Source of the DNA: an uncultured bacterium
GTDB taxonomy: Bacteria > Gemmatimonadota > Gemmatimonadetes > Gemmatimonadales > Gemmatimonadaceae
Direction: 5' to 3'
Assembly (NCBI GenBank): GCA_963978095.1
Contig: CAXBQP010000021.1
Span: 1-48,236, forward strand
Length of the DNA stretch: 48,236 bases
Part shown: in pieces, positions 1 to 8,594 of the stretch
Layout: the number at the start of each line of letters is the position of its first letter
How positions within the stretch are numbered: position 1 is the first letter of the stretch
Position numbers and translations under genes: made by a program
Notes under the pieces: model-generated
What the model saw: only the letters and a program-made list of their open reading frames with translations
The model's database searches: none
Told to the model about the DNA's origin: nothing

Positions 1-68
1 TTTTTTTTTTAATGATACGGCGACCACCGAGATCTACACTCTTTCCCTACACGACGCTCTTCCGATCT
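1..68 (+). other. Sequencing artefact: poly-T plus Illumina TruSeq universal (P5) adapter
   Basis: 11-68 reads AATGATACGGCGACCACCGAGATCTACACTCTTTCCCTACACGACGCTCTTCCGATCT, the 58-nt TruSeq universal adapter, preceded by T10. Confidence 0.99.
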
Positions 69-265
69 AACTCGTCGAGCGCGAGTGGTTCGCACATCGT
101 GCCCAGGATGCGGAGGTGCGCATCGAAATGTGCGGGCCTCACCGCCAATCCTTCGGGATCGCGGGCGGGCTCGGCCACACGATGGTAGAGCAGGATCACC
201 CCTCGCCGCGCGAACCGGCGACGCGTGGCGGTCGCGAAACGACGAAGGGCGCCGGCCCCGCGCAT
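69..265 (-). CDS. Polysaccharide deacetylase family protein, N-terminal part (cut by contig end/adapter)
   Basis: ATG at 265 overlaps the upstream TGA (TGATG). Translation MRGAGALRRF...VILLYHRVAEP...LAVRPAHFDAHLRIL matches the ILxYHRV...FxxHL start of PgaB/NodB-type deacetylases. Confidence 0.75.
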
Positions 266-1830
266 CAGCGGCGAACCGGGATCACCGGTGTTGGCAACGG
301 CGACGCCGGCGCAGGCACGGGCAGGAACGTGCCCCCGCCGGGCATCGCCATGCGCGAACGAGTCGCCTCCCAGGCGCGCGACCGCACGGCCAACCCGGTC
401 GTTTGATGGTAGGCGTGCGCGGCGAGTCCGAGTCCGATCATCGACCAGAGCAAGGTTCCGGATGACCCCGTGAACACTTCGCCGACCGGAAGAATCGATA
501 CCAGCGCCACCGCACACGCGCGGAACGAGCCTGCGTCGGGATCACGCCGCGCCTCGGCGAATCGCAGCGACTGGATCAGCAGACCACCCAGCCCGAGGAA
601 GAACAGCGCGCCTCCGACCCATCCGAAGATGAAGAACACCTCCAGGAATCCGTTGTCCAACGAGCGTACACCGCCCGTCGACCGCAACTTGATCGCGCCG
701 CCGGTATTGCCGAGCCCGGTTCCCTCGGCGTCGTTCACGATCGTCGATGCCGCCGATTCGCCGAAATCGAGGCGTCGCACGAAGCTCGCGTCCCCCGAGA
801 TGTTGTTCAGCGAGGCGATGCGCGGCAGAATCGATTGCTTGAACTGCGTACTGTTGACGATCGGCAAGGCCAGCAGGGCAACGACGAGAATCGTCACGGT
901 TCGCTTCGGCAGGCGCAGCACCGGCTGCGACAACGTCTGCAGCAGCAGACCGAGGATGAAGGCGATCCACGCCGCCCGGGTACGGGTGAGCAAGATCGCA
1001 ATCAGGGAGAGCGCGATCACGGGATAGCGGAACACCCCCTTCCCTTGGATACCGAGGATCGCGCCCACCATGAGGAATGCCGCGTACGGCCCCGGAGTAT
1101 TGAGCGTCCCGAACACGCGGATCAGGAACGGGAACGGTACGCCGAGGCTGCGCATCTGGGCGTTGACCAACCACGCGCGATCCCACCCCGGCAGGACGAC
1201 GAACTGATAGATGCCATAGGCGGCCATGAACGGCAGGAACATCGCAAAGACGGTGCGAAGCGCCGCCGCGATCTCCGGATACCGCCTCCACCGCAAGCCG
1301 AGGTGCACGCCGAAGACCAGGGGAGCGATCCACGTGAGCAGCGCGTAGCTCGCGGGTATCAATCCGCCACCCACCAAGCCGATGGCATACGCATAGGCGA
1401 GCGCGATCAGCACCAGGACGAAGGGCGCGTACAGCCGTCCGCGCAAATCGCGGGCGTACCGCGCGACCGTCAGCAGCGCGATCACCGCGACGACCTGCGG
1501 TGCCAGCAGCGTTGCATCAGTCGGGTTCCACCCGTGCCGCAGATTGAGCACACGCCGCACGAAGGGCGTGTACCACCAGAGCGACAGACTGAACGTGATG
1601 TAGGCCACCGGTGCCCTTTCGTGCAACACCAAGCCGACCAGCACGGCCGCCGCAACGAAGAGGTAGCTCGCCAAGGCTCCGCCGGCGCCCAACCACATGC
1701 CCGCCAGGAACAGGGCCCATGCCGCGAGGACGAACTCCGGCAACCCGAGCGGTCGCCGCGCGCGAGATGGCGACGAAGGCGCCGACCCGCCTTGGACTGG
1801 CGTCGGAAATGGAACGACTGGGGCCGCCAT
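265..1830 (-). CDS. O-antigen ligase / Wzy polymerase-like polytopic membrane protein
   Basis: 521 aa with many hydrophobic segments, RVFGTLNTPG, LLTRTRAAW and a periplasmic loop ending GTGLG...DNGFLEVF. Sits in a polysaccharide locus. Confidence 0.8.
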   Translation of the reverse strand: MAAPVVPFPTPVQGGSAPSSPSRARRPLGLPEFVLAAWALFLAGMWLGAGGALASYLFVAAAVLVGLVLHERAPVAYITFSLSLWWYTPFVRRVLNLRHGWNPTDATLLAPQVVAVIALLTVARYARDLRGRLYAPFVLVLIALAYAYAIGLVGGGLIPASYALLTWIAPLVFGVHLGLRWRRYPEIAAALRTVFAMFLPFMAAYGIYQFVVLPGWDRAWLVNAQMRSLGVPFPFLIRVFGTLNTPGPYAAFLMVGAILGIQGKGVFRYPVIALSLIAILLTRTRAAWIAFILGLLLQTLSQPVLRLPKRTVTILVVALLALPIVNSTQFKQSILPRIASLNNISGDASFVRRLDFGESAASTIVNDAEGTGLGNTGGAIKLRSTGGVRSLDNGFLEVFFIFGWVGGALFFLGLGGLLIQSLRFAEARRDPDAGSFRACAVALVSILPVGEVFTGSSGTLLWSMIGLGLAAHAYHQTTGLAVRSRAWEATRSRMAMPGGGTFLPVPAPASPLPTPVIPVRR

Positions 1831-1848
1831 GGGCTCCCGGGGCAGCGG

Positions 1849-2532
1849 CTACGTCCGCGACGCGGGGCGACGCGGGGCGGCGTGTGCATGCCCCCCCATC
1901 GCATCGCGCCCCGCACCTTCACGCATTCGGCGGCGACGGCGACGACGTCCCACCACCACGGCATATCCCAACAGCGCAATGGCGATCGTCGAGAAGGTCC
2001 CGTGCGCGAACAAGCTGAACGGCGCGAGGTTGGTCTCCTGCGTCACGATCGGACTCACCGTGTGTGCCGACGGCCCTCCTTGCATCCCGTTCAACTTGGC
2101 AAGGGCCCCCACATCCACCCCGAGCATCGTTTCCGGGAGCGTGCTCGAAAAACTCGTCGAGAGCGTCGGATCGCTCGCCCGGAAGATGAACATCACCGCC
2201 AGCCACATGCCGACGATCAGCAGCGTGCTCATGTAGAGCAACCGCGAGGTGATGCCGCGGCGCCGTGTGCGACGACGGCGGCCGGACCACGGCTGGTCGA
2301 GCAACCACCACATCAAGAACGAGATGACCAGCGACACCAGAAAGACTTCCCACGCGACATACAACTCGAACGCGAACAGACAGAGCCCCGCGATGGCCGC
2401 CGCGCTGAGCTGCCCCGACGACGGGAGCTTCTCGCTGCGCGCATCCAGGATGTCGGGAACGACCTCCATGCCCGTCTGATCGACGACGGACGTATGCGGG
2501 GTCGTCCGTGCGCGGAAGCGGTCAGCGGGCAT
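1849..2532 (-). CDS. Hypothetical membrane protein with Arg-rich stretches
   Basis: Fills the gap between wzc and the Wzy-like gene on the same strand. About 4 hydrophobic segments, RRRRTRRR and RRRRRRR runs. Start uncertain (2532/2538/2556). Confidence 0.6.
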   Translation of the reverse strand: MPADRFRARTTPHTSVVDQTGMEVVPDILDARSEKLPSSGQLSAAAIAGLCLFAFELYVAWEVFLVSLVISFLMWWLLDQPWSGRRRRTRRRGITSRLLYMSTLLIVGMWLAVMFIFRASDPTLSTSFSSTLPETMLGVDVGALAKLNGMQGGPSAHTVSPIVTQETNLAPFSLFAHGTFSTIAIALLGYAVVVGRRRRRRRMREGAGRDAMGGHAHAAPRRPASRT

Positions 2533-4879
2533 AGTCATAGTAGTAGCCGTATCCAAGCCGATAACGCGAGCTCCGACGGAACTCGACGTCGTTCAGGATC
2601 GTGCCGGCAAGGGTGACGTTGACATTCCGCAACTGCTGGACGGCGAACCGCAGTTCCTCGCGGTCCGTCTTGTCGGCGCGCGCGACCAGGAGCAGGGCAT
2701 CGGCATGCGCGCCAATGAGCGCACCATCGGTGAACAGATTCAGCGGCGGCGTGTCGATCAGCACGTAATCGTACTGCGCCCGCAGGCGTTCGAACAGCGG
2801 TTGCAGACGCCCGGCCACGAGCAGGTCGGCCGGGTTGACGCTCGGCGCGCTGCCGAGCGGCAGCACGTCCAAGGTGCCCCCACCTTCCATCTGCACACGC
2901 CGGATGCACTCGCCGGGCGACGCCTGCCCGTACATCAGATCGAAGAAGCCCGGAGCCGGCGGGATGCCGAACACGTCGTGCACGGTGCCGCGTCGCGTCT
3001 CCGCATCGATCAGGATCACGCGCTGCCCCGCATGCGCAAGCGTCACGGCGAGATTCACCGCCGTGGTCGTCTTGCCGTCGCCCGGGAGCGCGCTGGTCAC
3101 GACGATCACGCGGGGGGGACGCGGGGGCGTCAGGTAGTTGAGATTCGTACGCAACGTACGATACGCTTCGGCCGCGGGCGTCTGGTATTCGCGACCCGCC
3201 GCCGGTTTGTTCTCGTCGCCGTCGGCAGGCGTCGGTAACCGATACCCGACGGACCGCGCCTGCTGCTGCAGATTGGGGATGATGCCGACGACCGTCGCCC
3301 CGACGATGTTCGCCAGGTCGAGTTCGGTCCGGATCGTCGTGTCGAGCCATTCGCGGAGGAAGGCGACCGCGAGGCCGACAAACAGGCCGGAGAACACCGC
3401 CACCGCGAAGATCAACGTCGTCGATGACGTCGCTTGACGGCCGGCCGCCATGGCCTCGTCCAGCACCGACGCCGAGCTGTCGGTCACGGCGGCGCTGATC
3501 TCCGCTTCCTTGAGACGCGTCTGCACCAGCTCGATCATGGACTCCACGATCTTCTGATTGCGGACCATCTTATTCAGCGTCGCCGACTGCTCGGGAATGC
3601 GCAGCAACTTCGCGTTGAGCGCCCGGATCCGCGGATCGATGGCCGCCATCGAGGCATCGAGATTGGCCAGATACGTCAACGTGCGCACACGCACCGACTC
3701 GTACCGTTCGGCGATCTTCTTGTCGAGATCGCGGATCTGCTGGTTGTTCGCGTAGACCTTCATCATCAGGTCGGTACGACTCGCGTTCAGCTGGTCGACG
3801 ACCGCCGCGTCCTGCGCTGCCGCACCGGTCTTGAAGAAATCCGGCGTCGCCTGCAATCGGCGCAACCACCGCTCCTTGATGCCGACCGTGTCGGCCTCCC
3901 GCAGCGTCTCCATCGCGCGAGAGATGTTGTCCTTCTGGGCCTGCAAGTCACGGCGCGCGGCCTCGAGTTGCTGGATCTCGGTCGACAACGTCGTCTGCGC
4001 CTGCTGGATGCTGGGGATCCCTTCCTTCTCGAGGAAATCCTGGACCTGCGCCTCGTAGCTCGCCGCATCGGTCTCGAGCGCGATCTCCTGATCCTTCAGG
4101 TAGCGCGTCTGCGCTTTGGCCGCCGAGACCTGATCCACGCCACGGGCCGTCACGAAGCGGTAGGCCACCGCATTCGGAATCTTCAGGACGTTCAGCGAAT
4201 CCGGACCGGAGTAACCGATCGCGATCACATTCGCGTCCTTGTTGGTCTGCTCCACCGTGATCGACGTGCGGAGCCCCTCGGACATGTCCAGGCGCGACCG
4301 CACCTGCAAGTTGATGCGCGCCGTCGAACGCCCGAGTGACGTCAGCCGCAACGAACCGCCGATCAGGTGAATCTCGCCGGTATCCGGATACACCCCGTAG
4401 AGCGTATCCTCGCCCACCAACGGGTGAACTTCGAAGGTGTTGTTGACCTTCAGCAGTCGGTACCCCTGCGACGGCGCATCCGGCCGCGTCGACGCCGAGG
4501 CCACCAGCGCCCCCAGCTGCGTCCGCAATGGCCAATCCACGCTCAGGCGCAGCCCCAACTCGTCCACCACCAACTGCGCCAGCGAGCGGCTCCGGATGAT
4601 CTGCTCGGCCACCGCGATCGACGTGGAGTAGTCCTGCCCGCCGAGATACATCATCGCGCCCTTGGAGGACGCCTTCGTCTGGTTCTCGATCCGCACCGTG
4701 GCCTGCGCCGTGAACGTCGGCTTCACACGCTGCACCGCCACGACGGCGGCGGCGAGTGCGAGGCCCACGCACACCACGATGATCCACGCACTCCGCGAGA
4801 CCGTGATCCAGGCGCGCCGCAGGTCGATCTCGGCGTTCGGCTCGGTGAACGGGGACGGTACTGCCGGGAGGTTCTGCAC
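2522..4879 (-). CDS. wzc: Polysaccharide co-polymerase / tyrosine autokinase (Wzc/Etk type)
   Basis: Two TM segments flank a coiled-coil periplasmic region. EAYRTLRTNL, Walker A SALPGDGKTT, Walker B VLIDTPP, C-terminal Tyr cluster YRLGYGYYYDY. Confidence 0.93.
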   Translation of the reverse strand: MQNLPAVPSPFTEPNAEIDLRRAWITVSRSAWIIVVCVGLALAAAVVAVQRVKPTFTAQATVRIENQTKASSKGAMMYLGGQDYSTSIAVAEQIIRSRSLAQLVVDELGLRLSVDWPLRTQLGALVASASTRPDAPSQGYRLLKVNNTFEVHPLVGEDTLYGVYPDTGEIHLIGGSLRLTSLGRSTARINLQVRSRLDMSEGLRTSITVEQTNKDANVIAIGYSGPDSLNVLKIPNAVAYRFVTARGVDQVSAAKAQTRYLKDQEIALETDAASYEAQVQDFLEKEGIPSIQQAQTTLSTEIQQLEAARRDLQAQKDNISRAMETLREADTVGIKERWLRRLQATPDFFKTGAAAQDAAVVDQLNASRTDLMMKVYANNQQIRDLDKKIAERYESVRVRTLTYLANLDASMAAIDPRIRALNAKLLRIPEQSATLNKMVRNQKIVESMIELVQTRLKEAEISAAVTDSSASVLDEAMAAGRQATSSTTLIFAVAVFSGLFVGLAVAFLREWLDTTIRTELDLANIVGATVVGIIPNLQQQARSVGYRLPTPADGDENKPAAGREYQTPAAEAYRTLRTNLNYLTPPRPPRVIVVTSALPGDGKTTTAVNLAVTLAHAGQRVILIDAETRRGTVHDVFGIPPAPGFFDLMYGQASPGECIRRVQMEGGGTLDVLPLGSAPSVNPADLLVAGRLQPLFERLRAQYDYVLIDTPPLNLFTDGALIGAHADALLLVARADKTDREELRFAVQQLRNVNVTLAGTILNDVEFRRSSRYRLGYGYYYDYAR

Positions 4880-4889
4880 GAGAACTCCG

Positions 4890-5549
4890 CTACTTGAAGA
4901 ATGTCACGATCAAACCGGTCAGCCCCCCGATGAAGCCGAAGAGCGCGGTGTACTCGATGAAGAGCTGTCCATTTCGGGCAAGGAACTCCGACGATTCCAC
5001 GTAAATTCCATCTGCCCGCGTCACATTGATGCTGCCGATCCGGGCGTCGCGGGGCATCAACTCCCGCGACCCGTTCGGATGCACCAACGACACGATCGGC
5101 GACTGTCCCCCCTGCGTGCCCGCCTTTGCGAGCAACGCGAGGACCGTCAAACTCGGGTCGGAGAGCACCAGCGCCATCGCGCGCGTTGGTCCGTACACCA
5201 CCAAGTCGCGCTGGACCGTGGCGTCCACCGCCGCGTCGCGGATGATTTTGTCATAACGCTCCGCGAACACCATCTTGAGCGAGTCGAGACTGAGCCCGGC
5301 CACCGGCACGCGTCCCAGCCCGATCGCATACACGGTGCCGTCGGCCGACACGATGCCGTTCCCGGAGAGCGCCGCATCGTTGTACACGCGCCACGTGATG
5401 ACATCACCCTCGCTGACACGCCACGTCACCCCGCGTGACACTTCGACCTGTGGCGCCAATGCCCGGGGGTTGCGCGGGGTGCAGCCGGTGATCGACAGGG
5501 CCGCGAGAACGCCGAACGCCAGGGAACGGAAGGTGGCCGAACCAGACAT
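4890..5549 (-). CDS. Polysaccharide export outer-membrane lipoprotein (Wza/OPX-like)
   Basis: Lipobox LSITGC after a signal peptide, Poly_export-like GDVI...VSADGTVY...LGRVPVAGLSL, C-terminal hydrophobic helix. Alternative start at 5672 (TGATG overlap). Confidence 0.75.
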   Translation of the reverse strand: MSGSATFRSLAFGVLAALSITGCTPRNPRALAPQVEVSRGVTWRVSEGDVITWRVYNDAALSGNGIVSADGTVYAIGLGRVPVAGLSLDSLKMVFAERYDKIIRDAAVDATVQRDLVVYGPTRAMALVLSDPSLTVLALLAKAGTQGGQSPIVSLVHPNGSRELMPRDARIGSINVTRADGIYVESSEFLARNGQLFIEYTALFGFIGGLTGLIVTFFK

Positions 5550-5671
5550 GAAGAACACGGCTGAGAGTACGACGCGCAGGGGCCGCGGTCGCGGTCCCTG
5601 TTCAACGACTAAACGATTGCCGGTGGGGATTGTCACCACCGACCGTGTGTTGGGAGAGAGAGGGAACGGCA

Positions 5672-7156
5672 TCAGAACGCCCCCTTCATGCTCAACACCA
5701 CGGGAACCGTCCGCAACAGGATCACGAAGTCCCGCCAGACCGTCCATCCGCGCAGATACGACGCCTCCAAGCGCACGACCTCCTCGAAATCGAGGATCGC
5801 ATTGCGCCCGCTGACCTGCCACGGACCGGTGATTCCCGGCAGGGCTTCGAAGCGCACGAAATGGTGTTGGCGGTAGCGGGCCACTTCTTTTGGCAGCGCC
5901 GGGCGCGGGCCCACCAGCGACATCTCGCCGCGCAACACATTGAGCAGCTGTGGCAGCTCATCCAGCGAGGACTTTCGGAGGAAGATGCCCAATGACGTCG
6001 TACGCGGATCCCGAGGCAGCTTGAACAGCGGATCGTTGGGATACACGTTGCCGCTCTCCACCTGCGCCTGCTGTGCCTCGGCGTCGCGCACCATCGTGCG
6101 GAACTTGTACATCATGAACGGCTCACCCCCGAGCCCCACGCGCACCTGCCTGAAGATCGCGGATCCGGGTGAGGTGAGCCGGACGGCAATCGCCACCAGG
6201 GCGAGCACCGGAGCGAGGACCACCAACCCGATCGCGGCACCCACGACATCCACCAATCGCTTGGCCACCAGCTGCGACCCGACCAAGGCGGGACGCGACA
6301 GGAGCGCCAGCGGCTCGGCACGGCGCAACACGAAACTCGGTTCGTCCAGTTGCCGGAACGCGGCCCGCCGCGTGGCGTACACGCTGACCCCGGCACTGGA
6401 TGCGGCAATCATGACCGCTTGCAGGGCGGCGTCGGAGACCGTGCCGACGACCACGATCGCATCTGCGGCGGAGTCCGCGAGCGCCTCGTAGAGTTCGCGC
6501 ATACTGTCCGCCGTTGCCGTCGGCCACGAGGGGGCCAAGCAGAAGGTGGGGCTGATCCCGAGCGCGGTATCGTCCGACATCTCGGGCGGGCGCATCACGG
6601 CGGCCACATCGGACTCGGGCCCGACAATCAACGTCCGCGAGGGATCGAATCGGCGTGGATCGATCGGCCGCAACGCCTCGGCGAGCCAGCGACGCTGCAT
6701 CACCGTGGCCAGCCAGCTCGCCGTCAGCACCGCTCCGATCGTCAGCCACCGCGCCTGGATGTTGACCGTCCAGGTCTCCGCCCAGCGCGGCAGCACCAGA
6801 CCCAGCAACAACGCGGCGAAAATACGTCCCGAATGCTGCTGCCGCTCGGTCTGCGTGTACGACCGCGTCACGATAAAACAGAAGACCAGCGATGTGACGC
6901 GACGCAGCAGCGCCACCGGGGTTTGCGGCAACAACCCGCGAAGGAAGGTCTCCGCGCCGTCGCCCAGTGAGGGCAGGATCCCGTCCACCGGCAACATCGC
7001 GGCCAGCGCAAAGATGGTGGATACCGTCAGAACATCCGCGAACACCAGAATCGACCCATAGGTCACCTCACGCCAAAAACGGCGCCGCTGCAACCCGAGG
7101 GCGCGGTGGCGGAGCTCAAGACGTGTGATGTAGGTCGGTGCGACCAAGGTGGCCAT
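5672..7156 (-). CDS. Priming polyprenyl-phosphate glycosylphosphotransferase (bacterial sugar transferase, WcaJ/WbaP family)
   Basis: N-terminal TM segments, then KRLVDV, YKFRTM, DPR, FLRKSSLDELPQLLNVLRGEMSLVGPRP and PGITGPWQV. Confidence 0.93.
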   Translation of the reverse strand: MATLVAPTYITRLELRHRALGLQRRRFWREVTYGSILVFADVLTVSTIFALAAMLPVDGILPSLGDGAETFLRGLLPQTPVALLRRVTSLVFCFIVTRSYTQTERQQHSGRIFAALLLGLVLPRWAETWTVNIQARWLTIGAVLTASWLATVMQRRWLAEALRPIDPRRFDPSRTLIVGPESDVAAVMRPPEMSDDTALGISPTFCLAPSWPTATADSMRELYEALADSAADAIVVVGTVSDAALQAVMIAASSAGVSVYATRRAAFRQLDEPSFVLRRAEPLALLSRPALVGSQLVAKRLVDVVGAAIGLVVLAPVLALVAIAVRLTSPGSAIFRQVRVGLGGEPFMMYKFRTMVRDAEAQQAQVESGNVYPNDPLFKLPRDPRTTSLGIFLRKSSLDELPQLLNVLRGEMSLVGPRPALPKEVARYRQHHFVRFEALPGITGPWQVSGRNAILDFEEVVRLEASYLRGWTVWRDFVILLRTVPVVLSMKGAF

Positions 7157-7274
7157 CGCGGATGGGTGTCACGGGAGAACTACAGTCTACCTTAAGCTAC
7201 GGCGCGTCGGCTGCTCTTCTATAGTTTCAGGGCCCACTTGCAATATGGCGCCAAACTGCACATTTTTCAACCAG

Positions 7275-7313
7275 TGTCAAACAATTGACGTCCTGAATCG
7301 TCCTGCCGATACT
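7275..7313. promoter_or_regulatory. Candidate divergent sigma70 promoter pair (back-to-back -35 boxes)
   Basis: TTGACA on the minus strand (7275-7280). TTGACG on the plus strand (7285-7290), followed 17 nt later by GATACT (7308-7313). Lies in an AT-richer intergenic region between divergent genes. Confidence 0.45.
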
Positions 7314-7396
7314 TACCCTCAGGTCGCTCAGTCGTCATTTCAACAGCAAGTCTTGTGGCTACTTCCAGCTTTACCTTAGGCGCTCCGCTGCCATCC

Positions 7397-8587
7397 ATGT
7401 CATTGCCGGGCTCGGGCAGTTCCAACCCGGCCGGCGGCGCCCCGAGCGCTGCCGGCGCTCCGGGTGATGCGCGCCGGTTCCGCCCGGAGGTGGCCGCGCC
7501 CGAGATCGAGAAGCTCCGCCTCTGCTTGATCGACGCGATCCAACGCGGCGCCTCGGACATCCATATCCGGGCTGGCGATGTGGTCTATGCGCGGGTGGCC
7601 GGACAGCTGACGGCGCTCGATACGCCCGTCCTCTCGTCCGTCAGCACCTATGAGATGGTCGCCCACATTCTCGGGACGTCCAACCACGCGCCGCCGATCG
7701 ACGAAGTCCGCGACTACACAGGACCCTGGAGCGCCCCCGGCATCGCGCGATTTCGCGTCAGCATTCTGCGCCAGCGCTCCAGTTTTGCGATCGTCATGCG
7801 CGTCATTCCGGATATTCTCCCCTCGCTCCCTTCGCTGGGACTCCCGACGCAAGTGGGGCAGGCACTGCTCAGCGATTTCGGGCTGGTGTTCGTCACGGGA
7901 GTGCAGGGCTCGGGGCGCTCGAGCACGATCGCCGCGCTCGTGAACCATCTGAACAAATACTCGCCCCGTCGTCGTCACATCGTGACGGTCGAGTCGTCCA
8001 TCGAGTTCCTGCACAAGAACGACCACTGCGCCATCACGCAGCGGGAGGTCGGGGTCGACACGGGCAGCTTCGCCCACGGCATGGACGCGGCGCTGGAGCA
8101 GGACGCCGATGTGATCGTCGTGGGCGAGATGGATGAACCGGAGATTCTCGAGATCGCCGTGCGGGCCTCCGAGGCCGGCCGTCTGGTGATCGGCCGGATG
8201 ACGGCGCCGGACTGCACGACAGCGTTGCGGAACTTCTTCAGTGGGCTACCGCCGCAGGCACAGGACAAGGCGCGGCTGCACATCACGGAGATGTTGCGCT
8301 CGGTCATCGCCCAGCGACTGCTCCCCCGCGCCGATGGCCATGGCCGTGTGCTGGCGGCGGAAACGCTGTTCATGTCGCCGCTGGTGCGCGATGTCCTCGG
8401 TGATCCGGGCCGGCTGTCCGAGATCCGCACGTCGCTCGCCGACGGTCGCGCCGAGTTCGGAACGCAGACGTTCGACCAACATCTGGCGGATCTGGTCATC
8501 AGCGGTCGGGTCTCGTTCGAAGTGGCGCTGACCTTGGCCACCAACTCGCTCGATTTCGAACTGCAGCTCCGCGGTCTGCGGCGCTGA
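7397..8587 (+). CDS. PilT/PilU-family type IV pilus ATPase homologue with degenerate catalytic motifs
   Basis: ASDIH, FRVSILRQR...VMRVIP, QREVG, VIAQRLLP and QTFDQHL are retained. Walker A reads GVQGSGRSST and the His box is lost. Start 7397 or 7355. Confidence 0.88.
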   Translation: MSLPGSGSSNPAGGAPSAAGAPGDARRFRPEVAAPEIEKLRLCLIDAIQRGASDIHIRAGDVVYARVAGQLTALDTPVLSSVSTYEMVAHILGTSNHAPPIDEVRDYTGPWSAPGIARFRVSILRQRSSFAIVMRVIPDILPSLPSLGLPTQVGQALLSDFGLVFVTGVQGSGRSSTIAALVNHLNKYSPRRRHIVTVESSIEFLHKNDHCAITQREVGVDTGSFAHGMDAALEQDADVIVVGEMDEPEILEIAVRASEAGRLVIGRMTAPDCTTALRNFFSGLPPQAQDKARLHITEMLRSVIAQRLLPRADGHGRVLAAETLFMSPLVRDVLGDPGRLSEIRTSLADGRAEFGTQTFDQHLADLVISGRVSFEVALTLATNSLDFELQLRGLRR

Positions 8588-8594
8588 ACCGGCG

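Noticed and set aside
7237..7255. Sigma54-like TTGGCG...TTGCA on the minus strand upstream of the EPS operon
   Set aside because: GG-to-GC spacing is 9 nt, whereas sigma54 promoters need 10.
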